Source of the DNA: a bacterium
GTDB lineage: Bacteria > UBA8248
NCBI GenBank assembly: GCA_965219955.1
Contig: OZ244799.1
Coordinates: 4,128,001 to 4,192,000 of the forward strand
Direction: 5' to 3'
DNA: 64,000 bases
The notes beneath the pieces were generated by a model that ran no database searches, had not been told where the DNA came from, and saw only the letters and a list, made by a program, of their open reading frames with translations. A program made the translations under genes and the position numbers. Numbering within the stretch: the first letter of the stretch is position 1; each line of letters begins with the position of its first letter. Of this stretch, positions 59,106 through 64,000 are shown one piece after another.

Positions 59106-59954
59106 TTAGGGCGCTTCGAGGGAAGGGATTTGCCCGCGGAATATGCTCTTCAAATGGTGCGGCATGACGCGCAGACCGGCGTAGAAGGGGCCGAACTCGC
59201 CGTACCAGACGCTGGCCTCATCGAAGCGCATCTCGTAGACGAGGCGCTTGAAGACGAGCGGATCTTCCGAGAATAGATACACCCCCCATTCCCAGTCGTC
59301 GAAGCCGATGCTGCCCGTGATGATCTGCTGGACGCGGCCGGCGTAGCGCCTGCCGACGAAGCCGTGCTCGCGCATCATTTGCTGGCGTTCTTCGATGGGG
59401 AGGCCGTACCAGTTCTTCTCCTCACCCCGGCGCTTGTTCATCGGGTAGAAACACAGATATCTCGTCTTTGGGATATCCATGTAGAGGCGCTCTTTCATGC
59501 GCTCTCGCTGGTTGTCCATCTCTGCGGACCATTTGGACTTCCAGTCGTCGCTTCCGGGTTCCAGACCCTCATCCACGAACTGGCCGTGGAGCTTCACGGT
59601 CATTTCGTAGAGGCCGAGTTCCAGGAATGAGAGGTAGGAGGTGGTCTCGTCCATGTATTCCGCCAGCGCCAGCCGCCGCAGCCCCAGTTCGACCTCATTC
59701 AGCGCATCGAGCGTGGGCCTGAAATGAAGAAACAGCAAATCTCCCTTGTGGCCCAGCAGGCTGAAAAGGGCGCTCTCGCCGGATTCGGGCTGGGCGACAG
59801 AAGCGAAGTATTCCGTCGCTTCATCCAGGATGCGGTGCTGCCGGGCGTTCTCCAGGCGGTTCCAGGCGGGCCAGTTCACCCGGAAAACATGGTGCAGAAT
59901 GGCCCAGCCATCGAGCGTTTCGGGCATTTTGGCGTCTTTCAGGTTCGGATTCAC
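59106..59954 (-). CDS. hemQ: Coproheme decarboxylase (chlorite dismutase-like heme protein)
   Basis: TLDGW..LH, GHKGD, FYPMNKRR, NWY, HG..GR.YAG, GFDDWEWGV and YEMRFDE motifs. Confidence 0.85.
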   Translation of the reverse strand: MNPNLKDAKMPETLDGWAILHHVFRVNWPAWNRLENARQHRILDEATEYFASVAQPESGESALFSLLGHKGDLLFLHFRPTLDALNEVELGLRRLALAEYMDETTSYLSFLELGLYEMTVKLHGQFVDEGLEPGSDDWKSKWSAEMDNQRERMKERLYMDIPKTRYLCFYPMNKRRGEEKNWYGLPIEERQQMMREHGFVGRRYAGRVQQIITGSIGFDDWEWGVYLFSEDPLVFKRLVYEMRFDEASVWYGEFGPFYAGLRVMPHHLKSIFRGQIPSLEAP

Positions 59955-60060
59955 AGTTTGCTCCCGCAGGATGACGTGTATCGGCCAAGCGCCGCTTTTG
60001 CAAAGAGATACCCCAGAGTCCGCCGTGTTGCAAACATCGCGGCTTTTGGCGTCGTTCCGG

Positions 60061-60951
60061 CTATCGGGCCGGTGATGGAGCGGGCAGCCTGACGGGTTTG
60101 CCGGTGGAATCCGCTTCCTGGAAGATCCGGTGGCATTCCGAGCACAGCGTTCTTGCGGCGGCGAGATTTCCGGCGAGGCGGTCGTAATCGGGTTTTCGGG
60201 CGTTTATCTCGATAGTTTCAGCCAAGTCGAGCAGTTTCCGGGTCAGGTCATCATACAGCTCTTGCGCCTCGCCCTCTCTGAGGTTCGATATCCAGGGAAC
60301 GAAAAATTTGAACTTTTCCGATAATTGCTTGATTTGGCGTTCCTTTTGCCGGGGGATGAACTTGCCATTTAGACCTAAAGTGAGCGTTTCCCGGCCCAGG
60401 TTCGCCAGGATTTTTTCGAGATCTTTCATCACGTCCTTGACCGATTCGGGGTCGAAATCGAAAGAAAAACGCGTCCGTACGGGATGAGGCGCAAGACCGG
60501 ATATGACGGCCGTGATGGCATACGGGCCCTTTTCGCCCAGTTGGACGTTTGCGCCATAAATTTTTTGTTTATCTTTCCGGAACCTTTTGAGCGTGAAGGT
60601 TTTTTCCCATTCGTTCTGGGTGAATTTCAGTTGCACCTCCAGTTTTTTCGACAGGGGATTCCTGTCTTTCGTATCCTTTATTCTCATCTCGAAACGATGC
60701 GTGAAACGAGATAGCAGCCGATGTGCGTGTTCCATAGATTTGGGCGTGTTTTCTTGTTTGATCAACCTTGGAGGCATGGCGTTCAGCTCTATCTCCATGT
60801 TCTCAATTTTCTTCTTGCCGACCTCCTGGAAGATATACGATATGGAACTGGTGTGGTGCGCAGGAGTGTTACGAGGTGCGAAAGGTGTAAAGATGAGAAA
60901 GAAGAACAGGAGGCTGATTGCCGGGTAGCGGAATTTTCTCATCGCCTGCAT
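60061..60951 (-). CDS. Exported protein with C-terminal cytochrome c'-like heme site
   Basis: Signal peptide; YGANVQL..GPY beta domain; helical C-terminus ending CSECH. Confidence 0.65.
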   Translation of the reverse strand: MQAMRKFRYPAISLLFFFLIFTPFAPRNTPAHHTSSISYIFQEVGKKKIENMEIELNAMPPRLIKQENTPKSMEHAHRLLSRFTHRFEMRIKDTKDRNPLSKKLEVQLKFTQNEWEKTFTLKRFRKDKQKIYGANVQLGEKGPYAITAVISGLAPHPVRTRFSFDFDPESVKDVMKDLEKILANLGRETLTLGLNGKFIPRQKERQIKQLSEKFKFFVPWISNLREGEAQELYDDLTRKLLDLAETIEINARKPDYDRLAGNLAAARTLCSECHRIFQEADSTGKPVRLPAPSPAR

Positions 60952-61271
60952 CTCACTGAAAATGTTTGGAAATCTGCCTCGGTCGGCTTTCTTTGACGGC
61001 AGGACTTATGCTCTCTTTCATAACAGGATTCGGCCCGGTGGCGCAATGAATCCAGGGGAATTGACAGGCCGACCACCCAGAGGGTTGACTTAAAGTGAAA
61101 GGTGCATTACTTGAATGGAGCAGGTTTGAATTTCTGGCTGTTCCGTTTTGATTAGAAGTCAATTTTAGAGGTTCTGCATCTGAAGTCACCGATATCGTGA
61201 GCGAATGATTGCGCGCACGCTTTTTGAAACCAATAGCTGCCAATCTGAAAAATTCTTTGAGAGGAGTAGGC

Positions 61272-62012
61272 ATGATTCCCAAACGCTTTCAATTTTGCTG
61301 GATGTTTGCGGTGCTGTTGAGCATCGCATTGGCCGGCTCCGCGGACGCTTACAAGGAAGGAAAAGTGAGCGGCGGCGGTTCGATTACCGGAGCTATCAAG
61401 TTCGACGGCGCGGCCCCGAAACTGAAAACATTATCCGTGAATAAAGACAAAAAAGTTTGCGCAAAAAAACCGATCAAGGATGAGAGTCTGGTCGTGAAAG
61501 ACGGCGGCGTGGTACGGGCCGTCGTGTCCCTGAAGGGTGTGAAATCCGGCAAGAAGTGGTCGAAGAGCCAGAAAAAAGCGACTATGGACCAAAAAGGGTG
61601 TGTCTACCTGCCTCGAGTCGTGGTGATGAAGCAAAAGACGAAGCTGTTGATGAAGAACAGCGACAAAATTCTCCACAACGTCCACACCCATCCTGGAAAA
61701 ACGGGCAACCCGGTAGCCAACATCGCGCAGCCCAAGTTCAAGAAAAAACTGAGAATGTCGACCCGCTACTTCAAGAAGCCCGGCATCCTGAAAGTGACCT
61801 GTGACGTTCATGACTGGATGAAGGGCTATATCGTCGTTGCGGATAATCCCTATGTCGGCGTCACGGGCGACGGGGGGAAATTCGAGATAAAAGATGTTCC
61901 CGCAGGTTCCTATACCCTCGAGATTTGGCACGAGGTTCTGGGCAAGAAATCCATGAAAGTGTCGGTGAAGGGCGGCGCTGCCACGGCGGTGAACGTAACG
62001 CTGAAAAAATAA
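61272..62012 (+). CDS. Exported cupredoxin-like/carboxypeptidase-regulatory-like domain protein
   Basis: Signal peptide; DQKGC, HNVH, CDVHDWM and VPAGSYTLEIWHE motifs; GAGGAG RBS. Confidence 0.75.
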   Translation: MIPKRFQFCWMFAVLLSIALAGSADAYKEGKVSGGGSITGAIKFDGAAPKLKTLSVNKDKKVCAKKPIKDESLVVKDGGVVRAVVSLKGVKSGKKWSKSQKKATMDQKGCVYLPRVVVMKQKTKLLMKNSDKILHNVHTHPGKTGNPVANIAQPKFKKKLRMSTRYFKKPGILKVTCDVHDWMKGYIVVADNPYVGVTGDGGKFEIKDVPAGSYTLEIWHEVLGKKSMKVSVKGGAATAVNVTLKK

Positions 62013-62028
62013 TCACGCACCAAACGCG

Positions 62029-62062
62029 AAAAAAGCGGCGGTCATATGGCCGCCGCTTTTTT
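62029..62062. terminator. Bidirectional intrinsic terminator
   Basis: AAAAAA-GCGGCGGTCA-TA-TGGCCGCCGC-TTTTTT between convergent genes. Confidence 0.88.
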
Positions 62063-62081
62063 GTGTTTGGTTATTGAACGG

Positions 62082-63269
62082 TTATCCTTTTTTCCTGCCT
62101 GCCGCGATTGCGTCTATCGCATTTGCAATCGAGTCCATTTCGTCTTCCGTGTTCAAATAATGAATGGAAACCCTCACGGCGGGAGGCTCCGTGACCACTG
62201 TCCGGAGGATGATCTGGTGTTTCCTGTAGAGCCTGTCCACCACGTTTTGAGATTCGACGTTCCTGATCCGGAAAGAAACCAGACCAGATTGAGCCTCACC
62301 TTCAGGCGTAATGACTTCAACATTCTTGAGCCCGCGGATTTGCGACATCAGGCGATTCGCGAGTGCCAGAATTCTTTTTTCGATGGATACGGGTCCTGTT
62401 CTCTTGAAGTGTTCGACCGCAGCCCGGAATCCCAGAAAACCAGTTGTATTGAGAGTGCCGACTTCATAGCGCATCGCACTCGGCTCAGGGGTAAACGACA
62501 GGGTTTTTAATCTCTTTTTTTGAGCTGAACGAAAGCTTGCGGATGAGAGCTGAATCTTTTTGCCTGCGCCACGCCTGATATACACGGCGCCCGTGCCATC
62601 CGGACCCATCAGCCATTTCTGGCCTGATATGGTGTAGACATCTACACCGGTGTCTTTGATTTTGACTGGTATATGTCCTATGGACTGGGCGCCATCTACG
62701 ATGAGGAGGGCGCCTGCGGAGACGCATATTTGGCCGATTGCTTCAAGAGGAAGTCTCCTGCCATTCAGCCACGAAATATGGCTCACGCAAACCACTCTTG
62801 TTTTTGGCGTGATAGCCTTTTCCAGGTTTCGGAGGAGCTGCTCATCATTTTGACCGGTTTTGAATAGTTTCACCTTGATGGGATATCTCTTCCGCCAGAC
62901 CAACCAGGGCAGGTAGCCGCCAGGATGCTCCAAATCCGAGACGATTACCTCGTCTCCTGCATTCCATACCAACCCGGCAGCCGCGATGTTGATTCCGACC
63001 GTTGTATTGTTGGTCAACGCTATTTCCGAGGTTTCTGCGCCGATGAGTCTCGCGCAACTCTCTCGGGTACGTGTTAAGGCCTTGGTGGTTTCATTCCTGA
63101 TTTTCGGGTGAAACGAGCCGAGTTCCAAATCGCGTTTCGTGAATTTGTCCATTTCACGAAGAATTGATTTTGACGATGGTCCCCCGCCACCCCAATTCAC
63201 GTAAATCTGATTCTTCAGGGCCGGGACATCCGCCCGCAACTGTTGGATTTTGTTCTTATCGAGAGGCAT
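62082..63269 (-). CDS. Class V PLP-dependent enzyme (cyst(e)ine C-S lyase/CefD-like)
   Basis: YVNWGGGGP, DLEH, VDGAQS, SGQKWLMGP and RYEVGT motifs; no RxGxHC catalytic Cys loop. Confidence 0.82.
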   Translation of the reverse strand: MPLDKNKIQQLRADVPALKNQIYVNWGGGGPSSKSILREMDKFTKRDLELGSFHPKIRNETTKALTRTRESCARLIGAETSEIALTNNTTVGINIAAAGLVWNAGDEVIVSDLEHPGGYLPWLVWRKRYPIKVKLFKTGQNDEQLLRNLEKAITPKTRVVCVSHISWLNGRRLPLEAIGQICVSAGALLIVDGAQSIGHIPVKIKDTGVDVYTISGQKWLMGPDGTGAVYIRRGAGKKIQLSSASFRSAQKKRLKTLSFTPEPSAMRYEVGTLNTTGFLGFRAAVEHFKRTGPVSIEKRILALANRLMSQIRGLKNVEVITPEGEAQSGLVSFRIRNVESQNVVDRLYRKHQIILRTVVTEPPAVRVSIHYLNTEDEMDSIANAIDAIAAGRKKG

Positions 63270-63292
63270 TTTTCATTCCTTATAAAGGGATC

Positions 63293-64000
63293 TTATCTAG
63301 CGTCTGGCCGAAGCACTCTTTTATCTCCCACCCTTAGCGTAATTCGTGCGGTATCAAAATATTCAAGCAGAGGTATGGCGTGTTTTCTTGTAATGCCCAA
63401 CAGATCTCGAAATTCCGCCGCCGTAATTTCGTTGTTGTGTGACAGATGCTCTCTTAGATGGTTTTCTGCTTCGCTCAATGCGCGTTGATGATAGATAATG
63501 TTGTCCTTCAGGCGCAATAAAGCACCTTCATCGATGAGGATTTGCAGAGCATTTTGATTTGTATTGCCTTTGCCGCCACATTGTGAGAATGCATCTTCGA
63601 CGGATGGCGGTTGAAAGTGGGCATTTTTGAAAACCGACTCCAGTTTCGTTTTCACTTCTCCGAGCGCTTCGTCAATTTCCACTGAATGGGAAGCGAGTCT
63701 TAGGATGGCTCCATTTTCGACGATGTTGTTTGATTCGCTTAAATGCTTGAGTGCAGCAGCGAAGATTTTTTCATTCATGTCGCCCGCCTTGCCGCGAACT
63801 TCTTCCCTGGGCGCCCCTGTGCGAAGAGGGTTCTCAGCATGATAGTCACTCAAAAAAGAAAGAATATTATTTTGGGCTGTTTTGAAATGCGCTCTGGTCA
63901 TGGAGAAGAAATTGGCTGGGTCGATAATTTGCACTTCTCCATGGGCTGATAATTCTTGAATGGTTTTTTTTATATCACTCGGCTTTAGTGTGAGACGGCC
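63293..64000 (-). CDS. selB: Selenocysteine-specific elongation factor SelB, C-terminal winged-helix domains (5'-partial)
   Basis: YHAENPLRTG, FQPP and FRDLLGITRKHAIPLLEYFD..T.R.GD.R motifs; frame open to the window edge. Confidence 0.92.
   Translation of the reverse strand, partial: GRLTLKPSDIKKTIQELSAHGEVQIIDPANFFSMTRAHFKTAQNNILSFLSDYHAENPLRTGAPREEVRGKAGDMNEKIFAAALKHLSESNNIVENGAILRLASHSVEIDEALGEVKTKLESVFKNAHFQPPSVEDAFSQCGGKGNTNQNALQILIDEGALLRLKDNIIYHQRALSEAENHLREHLSHNNEITAAEFRDLLGITRKHAIPLLEYFDTARITLRVGDKRVLRPDAR

Overview
GC-rich bacterial chromosomal window; an mlaA gene points to a diderm, and the lineage cannot be assigned from sequence alone. It is dominated by heterotrophic uptake and catabolism genes: TAXI-TRAP, AapJQMP, NitT/TauT and sugar-type ABC transporters, three tandem SulP genes, CoA-transferase/crotonase, two BKACE genes, TauD and a divergent adenine-deaminase-like enzyme. 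It also holds one tRNA-Pro(TGG), toxin-antitoxin loci and the 3' part of selB. Intergenic spacers are filled with nested mosaics of GTAG- and CGTC-type palindromic repeats and MITE-like units. Most notable: (1) a split ORF pair that is probably one UGSC-family selenoprotein, with an unusual U-G-S-S site, inside a CoA-catabolic operon; (2) an intact IS1111-type (IS110 family) element whose REP-hairpin target, CG core, junction promoter and candidate bridge-RNA guides can be read directly, with a 70-bp duplication of its right end; (3) an AT-rich ABC-ATPase + PD-(D/E)xK-like gene pair and an orphan NDT/TIR-like gene, both candidate anti-phage systems; (4) a 413-bp inverted-repeat-bounded passenger cassette. 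No CRISPR array, integrase or rRNA was seen. Product calls come from motif recognition only; no database search was run.
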